Notes: generated from the letters alone by a model not told the origin. Counted from the stretch's first letter, positions 8,000-15,097 are shown. The stretch is DNA of 18,198 bases from Candidatus Woesearchaeota archaeon (GCA_964530955.1 CAZHCL010000006.1:28448-46645), one strand, 5' to 3'. Numbers and translations are program-made.

Positions 8000-8164
8000 A
8001 TGGATAGAAAAGAGAGGAAGGGTCAGATAGAATTTAACACAATCGTCTATTGGATTATAGGGACACTAGCAGTTGTTTTTGGAATAATTGAAATTATTTA
8101 TCTTAATGGAAAGGGAGTTAGTTTCTTTGATGCGATAAAAAATTTATTCCACCCCATAGGATAG
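8000..8164 (+). CDS. Micro-pilin 1 (54 aa, class III signal peptide RKG/QIEF)
   Basis: Hand translation MDRKERKG/QIEFNTIVYWIIGTLAVVFGIIEIIYLNGKGVSFFDAIKNLFHPIG*. TATA GATTTAATA at 7970-7978. Not in the ORF track. Confidence 0.85.
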   Translation: MDRKERKGQIEFNTIVYWIIGTLAVVFGIIEIIYLNGKGVSFFDAIKNLFHPIG

Positions 8165-8173
8165 ATATCCACA

Positions 8174-8977
8174 ATGAACAAAAAAGCTCAAACACTTTCT
8201 TATATTTTGTACCTTATTATCGCACTATTAGTTGTTTTTATTGCTGTAAAAGTTTACTATAATTCTGGTAATTATTTTAAGAGTAATGCTGATCTTATCC
8301 CTAATTTCAATGACAGTGTGCAAAAAGTTTCTGGAATTGAGATTATAAGATATGATATTGTGAAAGATGCATTGCAGTATTATGATTCGGGTTATAGATG
8401 GCAGGCATTTCCAGGGACATTATCTCTTGATGAAAAAGATTTAAGTTATGTTGACGCCCATAATGTATTTGTCAATTATTATATAAAAGCAACTAGAAAA
8501 AGTCTTACAGTAAAAATTGATAACAGCAATGATTATGTAATTTTTGAAAGTGTAAAGCAAGGACCTCCTTCTGGAACTACCAATTCAAATTTATTTAATT
8601 TTGTTGCCAATAAGATTAATCCGCCAATACAGACTTCAGGAGGAGATGTTGTCGCTTATTTGTATACTAATGGAAACTATTCTGGGTGGTACGATGTAAA
8701 TGTTAACCATGCTCTTTCTTACTATCCTTCTTCTGGCAAGGAAAACAGAGATGAAGCAATCTTGGCTTGGAATGATGAACTGATAAAACAAGCAGATAAC
8801 TGGAGAGATTCGGTTCTTAATATTCCGGTTACATTGGCTTACACCGACACAAGTACAAAAGCAGTAAAGACAATACTTGTATGTCCAATTCCTATATTTG
8901 AGAATAATGGAAAATATTATGATTATCTAAGTTTTGATTTGGAGAAGGAGGCTCAGCCTGGTGATTCCTGCTCTTAA
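8174..8977 (+). CDS. Pilin-like protein 2 (class III signal peptide KKA/QTLS), 267 aa
   Basis: MNKKA/QTLSYILYLIIALLVVFIAVKVYY followed by an N/S/T/Y-rich extracellular domain with sequons and a C-terminal Cys pair. Confidence 0.85.
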   Translation: MNKKAQTLSYILYLIIALLVVFIAVKVYYNSGNYFKSNADLIPNFNDSVQKVSGIEIIRYDIVKDALQYYDSGYRWQAFPGTLSLDEKDLSYVDAHNVFVNYYIKATRKSLTVKIDNSNDYVIFESVKQGPPSGTTNSNLFNFVANKINPPIQTSGGDVVAYLYTNGNYSGWYDVNVNHALSYYPSSGKENRDEAILAWNDELIKQADNWRDSVLNIPVTLAYTDTSTKAVKTILVCPIPIFENNGKYYDYLSFDLEKEAQPGDSCS

Positions 8978-9104
8978 TTTTATTTTCGGGAATAGAAAGG
9001 CTCAGATGTATAGTTGGTTAGATAATCTTGCCTTGTGGATTACTTTTCTTATTATTGTGGCTGGAGCAATAATATATTTCATACTGAAGAAAAATATTGG
9101 ATAG
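8961..9104 (+). CDS. Micro-pilin 3 (47 aa from a GTG start; RKA/QMYS; 33-aa mature peptide)
   Basis: GGAGG at 8947-8951, 9 nt before GTG 8961. Translation MIPALNFIFGNRKA/QMYSWLDNLALWITFLIIVAGAIIYFILKKNIG*. Overlaps the previous gene by 17 nt. Not in the ORF track. Confidence 0.7.
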   Translation: MIPALNFIFGNRKAQMYSWLDNLALWITFLIIVAGAIIYFILKKNIG

Positions 9105-9140
9105 CGCAATTGTTTTAAATCCTATATTCTTATGACTTTA

Positions 9141-10217
9141 ATGAGATTATTCAAAAAGGGGCAGATAGAAGTTTACCAGGTTGTTATGCTTATTTTGTTT
9201 GTTGTTGGATTAGCAATACTCTTATTTTTTTGGTATTCTTTCAAAAATACTACTAATCTTAGCGATGATACTTGTCATCTTTCCGCGCTTACAAGGGGAA
9301 CTACTCCTTCTGCAGGTCAGTCTTATATTCCACTAAAATGTACTACAAAGAAAATCTGTATTACATCAGATTCTTCAAAGAAGTGTACTGATTCTTTTGC
9401 AGGAGAGAGCGATATAAGTGTCGTTGCACTGCCTTCCGATAATCTCAGGGCGGCGAATTTGATTGAGAAAACTAGTGTTGAATCAATGTACAACTGTTGG
9501 AGTATGCTTGGACAGGGAAAGCTTGATTTGGTTGGGAATTTTCCTGAGCAATTTGGCTTAACTTCAAGCAGTCTTGCCAAACCTTATTGCATAATTTGTT
9601 CTAGAGTTGCGATAGACAAGAGTGTTGATGGAAATATTATGAAAAATGTTAATCTTTATAGCTATATGAAATACAATGGGCCAACAGGTCAGCAACTGAC
9701 TTATTTACAGTTGTTTACTGACCCTCAATTTAAGTCTTATCCCGTAGTCAATCCAAGTTCATATCAAGATATAGGAAATAAGGACTCTTCTGGAAAAGAA
9801 GTCAGCATAAATTCAAGTCAGAATCAAATAGCATTTGTTTTCATGCAGATAAAGGCAAAAGATATATCTAAAGTTATAGCTAATCTTGGAGAGGCAGGAG
9901 CAATTACCTTGGGAGGATCTTTCTTAACAGGACCAACAAGGTCTGCTGCTGGAGCACTCATATTTTCAGGAGGAGTGGCTGGATTTATTTACAAAGCAGC
10001 AATAGCTACAGGGATTATTGGACAAGCTGCGATTAATACTTATTCAGGACAGATAACTGCTGCTGGTTACTGTGGAGCATTTACTGGAGAGAGTCAAAAT
10101 GCAAATTTGGCAAGCGGTGCAGCTGGAACAAGCAATGGTTGTTCTTTGATTCAGAGCATTCCTTATAGCGCAAATTCGGTAAATCAACTTTGTAGTGTGA
10201 TAGATGGAAATCCTTAA
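9141..10217 (+). CDS. Large pilin-like protein 4 (KKG/QIEV) with 10 Cys and an internal Gly/Ala-rich hydrophobic segment; start 9141 (9132 also possible)
   Basis: MRLFKKG/QIEVYQVVMLILFVVGLAILLFFWYSF. TTTTAAA at 9113-9119 fits a leaderless start at 9141. Confidence 0.85.
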   Translation: MRLFKKGQIEVYQVVMLILFVVGLAILLFFWYSFKNTTNLSDDTCHLSALTRGTTPSAGQSYIPLKCTTKKICITSDSSKKCTDSFAGESDISVVALPSDNLRAANLIEKTSVESMYNCWSMLGQGKLDLVGNFPEQFGLTSSSLAKPYCIICSRVAIDKSVDGNIMKNVNLYSYMKYNGPTGQQLTYLQLFTDPQFKSYPVVNPSSYQDIGNKDSSGKEVSINSSQNQIAFVFMQIKAKDISKVIANLGEAGAITLGGSFLTGPTRSAAGALIFSGGVAGFIYKAAIATGIIGQAAINTYSGQITAAGYCGAFTGESQNANLASGAAGTSNGCSLIQSIPYSANSVNQLCSVIDGNP

Positions 10218-10784
10218 ATGAAAATAAAAGAAAAAAGAGGCGATTTGAAGGAGCATATCGGAGATATAATCATAGGAATATTATGTCTTGCTTTGATAAT
10301 TGCTGCGATTGTTATAATATACAAAGTTTTTGTAAATCAGGAAGCTCAAAATGCTAAGGTCACAATTGATGGAATAGAGGCAAAGATAAATAATCTTGCT
10401 GTTGGGCAGAATGGAACATTCTCTGTTTCTGGATTTCCAGGAGCAGCGCCAAGTGATATAACTGCTGCTCGATGGTATTTTATTGGATGGAGCAAGGCTG
10501 AGACGGGTAGACCTGGCGCTTGTACTTATGAAAGCTGTTTATGCATATGTAAGGGTTCATTGGGTGCAGATAAGAGTGCTCTTGCAGCTGAATGTGACAA
10601 AGAAGGATTTTGCAGGGCTTTCCCAGTTTCAAGTATACAGGTACAGACCAATTTTAAGGCTACTGAGTTTGCAGGAAAAAATGTACCTTACATAAGGCTC
10701 GAAAGTAATTTATTAGATATAAATGTGGTTAAAAAGAAAGACAATATTGAGGTATATCATGATGACTATTTTTCAATTCTTTAA
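10218..10784 (+). CDS. Pilin-like protein 5 (KRG/DLKE), 188 aa
   Basis: MKIKEKRG/DLKEHIGDIIIGILCLALIIAAIVIIY plus a Cys cluster CTYESCLCIC...C...C. The ATG directly follows the upstream TAA. Confidence 0.82.
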   Translation: MKIKEKRGDLKEHIGDIIIGILCLALIIAAIVIIYKVFVNQEAQNAKVTIDGIEAKINNLAVGQNGTFSVSGFPGAAPSDITAARWYFIGWSKAETGRPGACTYESCLCICKGSLGADKSALAAECDKEGFCRAFPVSSIQVQTNFKATEFAGKNVPYIRLESNLLDINVVKKKDNIEVYHDDYFSIL

Positions 10785-11199
10785 TAGAAAAGCAGAAGGC
10801 GACCAGGTTTTAGGTACGGTAGTTTACATAATATTAGTCTTGCTTTTTTTTATAGGGATGTTTTATTATGTCTCTTTACAGAGGAATGGTGCTGCAGCTT
10901 CTGAAGATTTTTATGCGAAAGAAATTAGCAAGGTAATTAATTTTGCACATCCTGGTGATCAGATAGTTTTTGATGTTCAGACGCCAACAGAGATAGCAGC
11001 CAAAAGTGGAATAAAGGATTCAAAAGAGATTTTTAATTTTGATAATACAAATAAACAGGTTTGCGTCAAATTAAGTGCAGGTATAAGAAGTTGTTATAGT
11101 TATTTTAACAATGTAAATATTTCTGACTGGAAAATAAATTATGGGGTTCCTAAAAATATGCTAATAATAAATATTGCCGGAGGAAAAAATGCTGCGTAA
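10759..11199 (+). CDS. Pilin-like protein 6 (RKA/EGDQ); start moved to 10759 (or 10762)
   Basis: MMTIFQFFNRKA/EGDQVLGTVVYIILVLLFFIGMFYYV. GAGGT at 10749-10753 precedes the ATG. Overlaps the upstream gene. Confidence 0.82.
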   Translation: MMTIFQFFNRKAEGDQVLGTVVYIILVLLFFIGMFYYVSLQRNGAAASEDFYAKEISKVINFAHPGDQIVFDVQTPTEIAAKSGIKDSKEIFNFDNTNKQVCVKLSAGIRSCYSYFNNVNISDWKINYGVPKNMLIINIAGGKNAA

Positions 11200-11665
11200 T
11201 AAGAGGGCTGAGATGGGCTCGCAGATAATGGTTTTGGCTACATTGTTTTTAATGGTAATAATTGCTGTCGGGATTGCTGCGGGTGTTAGTCTTTATTTTG
11301 GTTCAGGAGTTGATGCAAGGCAAGCAGATGCAGACATATTAAAGTATAAAATTGAAAATTGCTTTAATGAAAAAAGTATTTCAGATATAGGGAAAAACAT
11401 TTTTGATTCATGCGGGTTAAATAAAGATTCTTTTAATGGAAATAGCTTAGTATTCAAGATTTGTGAAAATTCAAATCTTAATGATTGTACAACAAGTAGT
11501 GCTTCTTTCCTTTCTTCTGGAAGTAATTTCCAATCTTGCTTATTTACTGGAAAAGAGTCGAGTAATACTTTTCTTAAATGTTCATATGCTCAGATATCAA
11601 GGGATGGAAGGAATTTTGTTTTAATTACTGGAAGCAGTCAACAGATAAGGAGGATAAACGCATGA
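11189..11665 (+). CDS. Pilin-like protein 7 (KRA/EMGS); start moved to 11189
   Basis: GGAGG at 11179-11183, then MLRNKRA/EMGSQIMVLATLFLMVIIAVGIAAGVSLYF. Cys-containing extracellular domain. Confidence 0.82.
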   Translation: MLRNKRAEMGSQIMVLATLFLMVIIAVGIAAGVSLYFGSGVDARQADADILKYKIENCFNEKSISDIGKNIFDSCGLNKDSFNGNSLVFKICENSNLNDCTTSSASFLSSGSNFQSCLFTGKESSNTFLKCSYAQISRDGRNFVLITGSSQQIRRINA

Positions 11666-12300
11666 TGAATAGGAAAGCAGAAGGACCTTTTTCGATAACT
11701 ATGACTACAATACCTATAATGATTATACTTGTGGTTCTAATGGGTCTTTTTATATTTGCTGCGTATTTGGAGTCTCGCTCAAAGCCAGGAATTAATTCAG
11801 ATGCATTAGGCATTCAAATTTCTGAGGATTCTTTATTGTTCAAGCAGATACAGGTTGATGCACAACAAATGCCTCTTGCCGAGGGTTTGATAAAGTATCC
11901 TTATGAAAAAGTGCCTACTGGTCTTTCTTCTTTACAGGATAGAAGTGCATTTACTAAAAGTTATATTGATGCACTTCTATCTTTTGTCAAGTCGCAGACT
12001 TTACCTTCAAGTACTCTTTCTTGGGAGAGCGGAGAGTGTTTTTCTATTGCGATAGAAGATTTTACAAATGGAATTGGAAGATTTGCAGTAATAAATAAAG
12101 ATTCAAAAGGAATTGTTTCTACAGAAAAAGATGAAATGTATAAAATTGATTCCAAGACTAAATCTGGCAGCAAGAAAAATGTAGTAATTACAACTGGAGA
12201 TACATCTCATAGTGATACTTTTGGATATAATTATATTCCTTTGACAATTAATGGAAATTCAGGGGCAATCCTTTATTACTTTGTGAGGTGCTCAGGATAA
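11662..12300 (+). CDS. Pilin-like protein 8 (RKA/EGPF); start moved to 11662
   Basis: AAGGAGG at 11647-11653 and an ATGA start/stop overlap. MMNRKA/EGPFSITMTTIPIMIILVVLMGLFIFAAYL. Confidence 0.82.
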   Translation: MMNRKAEGPFSITMTTIPIMIILVVLMGLFIFAAYLESRSKPGINSDALGIQISEDSLLFKQIQVDAQQMPLAEGLIKYPYEKVPTGLSSLQDRSAFTKSYIDALLSFVKSQTLPSSTLSWESGECFSIAIEDFTNGIGRFAVINKDSKGIVSTEKDEMYKIDSKTKSGSKKNVVITTGDTSHSDTFGYNYIPLTINGNSGAILYYFVRCSG

Positions 12301-12301
12301 G

Positions 12302-12769
12302 ATGGAAAAAATAATTAACAGAAAAGGAAGCATTTCAACCACTTCTTTATTATTTGTAGCTATTATCCTAATAATCATGGCATGGACTTCTTTCATTTTC
12401 TCAAATTCTGATAATCAGGTGAAGTCAGAATCAATTTCTAACACTCTTTCTCAGGTAGAATTTACTTAGAAATATATTCTTGCTGAATCTGCTTCTATCG
12501 CGAAGCAGGTTGTTTTGTCAAAAACGAGTGATAGTGAACTGAAAAATACTTACATTCAGGATTCGCTTGCTCACAAATTAGGAATAGAGGAAGAGGGGAA
12601 CCTTTTTGCCAAGATAAAAAATGGAGATTTTAGTTTTTCAAAGGATGGAGAGCAGTATGTTTTGCAGGTAAATGAAGTCGGATTTGAATCTAAAGGACCT
12701 GATGCAGATATTAAAAGGACTTTCGACATAAACCTTAGATTTGACAAAGACGGTAACTTAGCGACATAA
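12302..12769 (+). pseudogene. Pilin-like gene 9 (RKG/SIST) interrupted by an in-frame TAG at 12467-12469 (codon 56); 155 aa if read through
   Basis: MEKIINRKG/SISTTSLLFVAIILIIMAWTSFIF...QVEFT*KYILAESASIAKQVVLSKTSDSELK... The track ORF 12515-12769 is the same frame. Pseudogene, sequencing error and readthrough cannot be told apart from this sequence. Confidence 0.75.
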
Positions 12770-12771
12770 CA

Positions 12772-12779
12772 TTTATAAA
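12772..12779 (+). promoter_or_regulatory. Consensus TATA box for pilin 10
   Basis: TTTATAAA 22-29 nt before ATG 12801. Confidence 0.65.
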
Positions 12780-12800
12780 TAAGGATTAATTTGGTTATCT

Positions 12801-13448
12801 ATGCTCATAAAAAGAGGAATGAACAGAAAAGCGCAGGAGACTACTCCTTTATCTAATATTGCTGGGGTGATTATTATTGTGGCTATTGTTGTTATTTTGC
12901 TTACTTTGGCGTTTAATGCTTACGGGAAAGGAAAGACTGTTGCTACTTCTCTTCCAAGTGATTTAACAAGTCTTGTAACTGCATGTAATGGTTATGTTTC
13001 CTCTTCTATTACTTCTACTCAGGTAGATTATTGTAAGTTTAGAGAAATTACACTTAATGGTGTTGATCAGTATATAAATTGTGCAAACCCTGCTGTTCAG
13101 GGTTATATGGATTCTCAGAATAGGGGTGTCTTCAATTGTAATTCTGACAGTACTAATCCTCCTGAGAAACAGGAATGTATTACTTTGTTCAAGCAAGGAA
13201 TTAAGAATCCTTTGGTAGTTGGAGGGTTGAATGTTAACTGTGCCAATCCTGCAACGAATACAATAACTCCAATAACATGTAATGATCTTGGCGGAGTGGT
13301 TTCTGCTTTCAACAAGGCTTGTCCTGCAAAGAATGCGGCTGGACAGTTGATTGGTACTGGTACAGCCGATCAGACAAGAGCAGTAAATGGTTACAATGCT
13401 GGAGCTGAAAAAGATAGTGTGTGTTGCGTAGTGCCTTTGTCAGCTTAA
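12801..13448 (+). CDS. Cys-rich pilin-like protein 10 (RKA/QETT), separately promoted
   Basis: MLIKRGMNRKA/QETTPLSNIAGVIIIVAIVVILLTLAF, 10 Cys, C-terminal C..LGG...C...CC module. TTTATAAA at 12772-12779. Confidence 0.85.
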   Translation: MLIKRGMNRKAQETTPLSNIAGVIIIVAIVVILLTLAFNAYGKGKTVATSLPSDLTSLVTACNGYVSSSITSTQVDYCKFREITLNGVDQYINCANPAVQGYMDSQNRGVFNCNSDSTNPPEKQECITLFKQGIKNPLVVGGLNVNCANPATNTITPITCNDLGGVVSAFNKACPAKNAAGQLIGTGTADQTRAVNGYNAGAEKDSVCCVVPLSA

Positions 13449-13482
13449 TAAGATATTTAAATTAGCTTTTCTCTTTTTAATA

Positions 13483-13617
13483 ATGGATTATGATTTTCCT
13501 CAGAGAAGAAAGAACAAGAATGACAAAAGGTCTAAGTCTAGGTTTAACAAATATAAGAAGGGCGGCCAGCACAGGACTAGTAATGTTTCAATTTCTTCGC
13601 ATCCTCCTGCTAAGTAA
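13483..13617 (+). CDS. Small basic protein (44 aa, 13 K/R)
   Basis: MDYDFPQRRKNKNDKRSKSRFNKYKKGGQHRTSNVSISSHPPAK*. TTTAAA at 13456-13461 sits at the leaderless spacing, and the ORF fills the gap between pilin 10 and the peptidase. Confidence 0.5.
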   Translation: MDYDFPQRRKNKNDKRSKSRFNKYKKGGQHRTSNVSISSHPPAK

Positions 13618-13662
13618 AACTGTATAGGATAGATTAATAAATAATTATTCTCTGGTTTTGAG

Positions 13663-14526
13663 ATGGAAGAGTATTACTTTTTATTTTTGATTGCATTCGT
13701 TTATACTATTTTTGCAGCTGTGCAGGACCTTAAAGAAAGAGAAGTTGCTAATTGGCTTAATTTCTCGTTGATTGCCTTTGCTTTGGCTTATAGAGCTATT
13801 TATTCCTCTTACACTGGCAATTATTCTTTTCTATTGTTTGGAGTTCTGGGATTTGGAGTTTTCTTTTTAATTTCCAATTTACTCTATTACACTAAGGTTT
13901 TTGCAGGAGGAGATGCTAAACTGCTCATGGCTTTTGGGGCAATATTGCCTTTCCAGTCATACTTGGATCTTGCGACTCTAAGTCTTAGCTTTCTTTTTGT
14001 GTTATTCTTTATAGGAATGATTTATGGAGCGATATATAGCATCTTTCTGGCTGCCACAAATAAAACTAAATTTAGTCGGGAGTTTAGGGAACAGTTTAGA
14101 AAGAGAAAATATCTTCTTCTCTTTAGTATTCTTGGAATAGCGATAATTATTGCTAAATCTTTCGGCGTTTTGTCATATTTGCCTTCCTGGTGGTTCTTTG
14201 CTCTGCTATTTATTTTCATGCCTTTGCTTTATATTTATCTTGAGGCAGTTAATAGAAGTTGTATGATAAAAATAGTTGATGCTAGCAAATTAACTGTGGG
14301 AGATTGGCTTGAACAGAATGTAAAAATTGGAAGCAAAACGATAAGAAAAAGTGTTCATGGCTTAAGCGCTAGTGAAATAAAAGCACTACAGAAAGCTAGG
14401 AAGAAAGTGATTGTAAGATATGGAATTCCTTTTGTGCCTGCTTTTCTCTTGGCTTTAATTTTTATGGTATTCTTCTTTTTAGTTTCAGGACTTGACTTTC
14501 AGAGCTTTTTCTCTTCTCTATTTTGA
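13663..14526 (+). CDS. Archaeal prepilin/preflagellin peptidase (A24 family, PibD/FlaK-like)
   Basis: First Asp motif AAVQDLKEREVANW, catalytic GGDAK (GxGD), C-terminal GIPFVPAFL, multiple TM helices. Confidence 0.93.
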   Translation: MEEYYFLFLIAFVYTIFAAVQDLKEREVANWLNFSLIAFALAYRAIYSSYTGNYSFLLFGVLGFGVFFLISNLLYYTKVFAGGDAKLLMAFGAILPFQSYLDLATLSLSFLFVLFFIGMIYGAIYSIFLAATNKTKFSREFREQFRKRKYLLLFSILGIAIIIAKSFGVLSYLPSWWFFALLFIFMPLLYIYLEAVNRSCMIKIVDASKLTVGDWLEQNVKIGSKTIRKSVHGLSASEIKALQKARKKVIVRYGIPFVPAFLLALIFMVFFFLVSGLDFQSFFSSLF

Positions 14527-15097
14527 TTTTTTCTATTTTTGGTTTTATGGGTTTGTCTTTTATCAAGATGGCTATCTTTTCAAGCTCTTCAGTTGATGCC
14601 TTTGTTCTTGGAGAAGCTAAGCTTAATTTAGAGCCATAGCAGGGAATAAGATTAACTATTGATTCTCCGAATTTTGTTTCTGGTTGAATTTCATTTGAAG
14701 TTGCTTTTAACTTACTTATTGTTCTTTTTGCTAGTTTTTTTGCCAGGGCAATAGAATTCTTTGGAATATCTTTTGGATTCGAAACTGATGTTTTAGGAAT
14801 TATTATTACATGGCCTTTTGAAATTGGATTAATGTCGAGAACTGCGAGGGAGAAAGAGTCTTCAGAAACAGATACTGCTGGCACATCTTTATCAACTATC
14901 ATCCTGAATATTGTTTTTTCTTTCTGATTAGGGTTTGCATTTCTTGCCTGTTGCTGTTTTACAAGTGTTTCAACTGCTTCTGTTGAAAGAGAATCTATTT
15001 GTGCAAGAGCCTGCGCTTTTTTATCCTCAGGTAGATGGTTCACTTGCTCTCTTAATTGGTCTTTTATTTCTTCAACTTCTTCTGGTGCAAGAGTCAT
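14462..15097 (-). CDS. HIT-fold protein with a degenerate histidine triad, an N-terminal helical extension and a Lys-rich tail
   Basis: TIFRMIVDKDVPA...AVLDINPISKGHVIIIPK is the HIT N-terminal signature. The HxHxHxxP site reads FGESIVNLIP. Confidence 0.85.
   Translation of the reverse strand: MTLAPEEVEEIKDQLREQVNHLPEDKKAQALAQIDSLSTEAVETLVKQQQARNANPNQKEKTIFRMIVDKDVPAVSVSEDSFSLAVLDINPISKGHVIIIPKTSVSNPKDIPKNSIALAKKLAKRTISKLKATSNEIQPETKFGESIVNLIPCYGSKLSLASPRTKASTEELEKIAILIKDKPIKPKIEKIKIEKRKSSESQVLKLKRRIP

Noticed and set aside
12515-12769. Track ORF 12515-12769 as an independent 84-aa gene
   Set aside because: TTG start with no SD or TATA, and in frame with the pilin N-terminus at 12302; it is the distal part of the TAG-split gene.
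2116-13448. Archaellum (arl/fla) operon
   Set aside because: No ArlH KaiC-like ATPase, ArlF/G or archaellin GIGTLIVFIAMVLVAAV-type N-terminus in the window.
13519-13626. Alternative 35-aa ORF MTKGLSLGLTNIRR... in the pilin 10-peptidase gap
   Set aside because: No promoter or SD at a suitable distance; the TATA box fits ATG 13483.
9323-14219. Track ORFs 9323-9580, 10044-10256, 10483-10695, 11625-11813, 11961-12173, 12963-13196, 13115-13315, 14022-14219
   Set aside because: Shadow ORFs within the pilin and peptidase genes, with no independent initiation signals.
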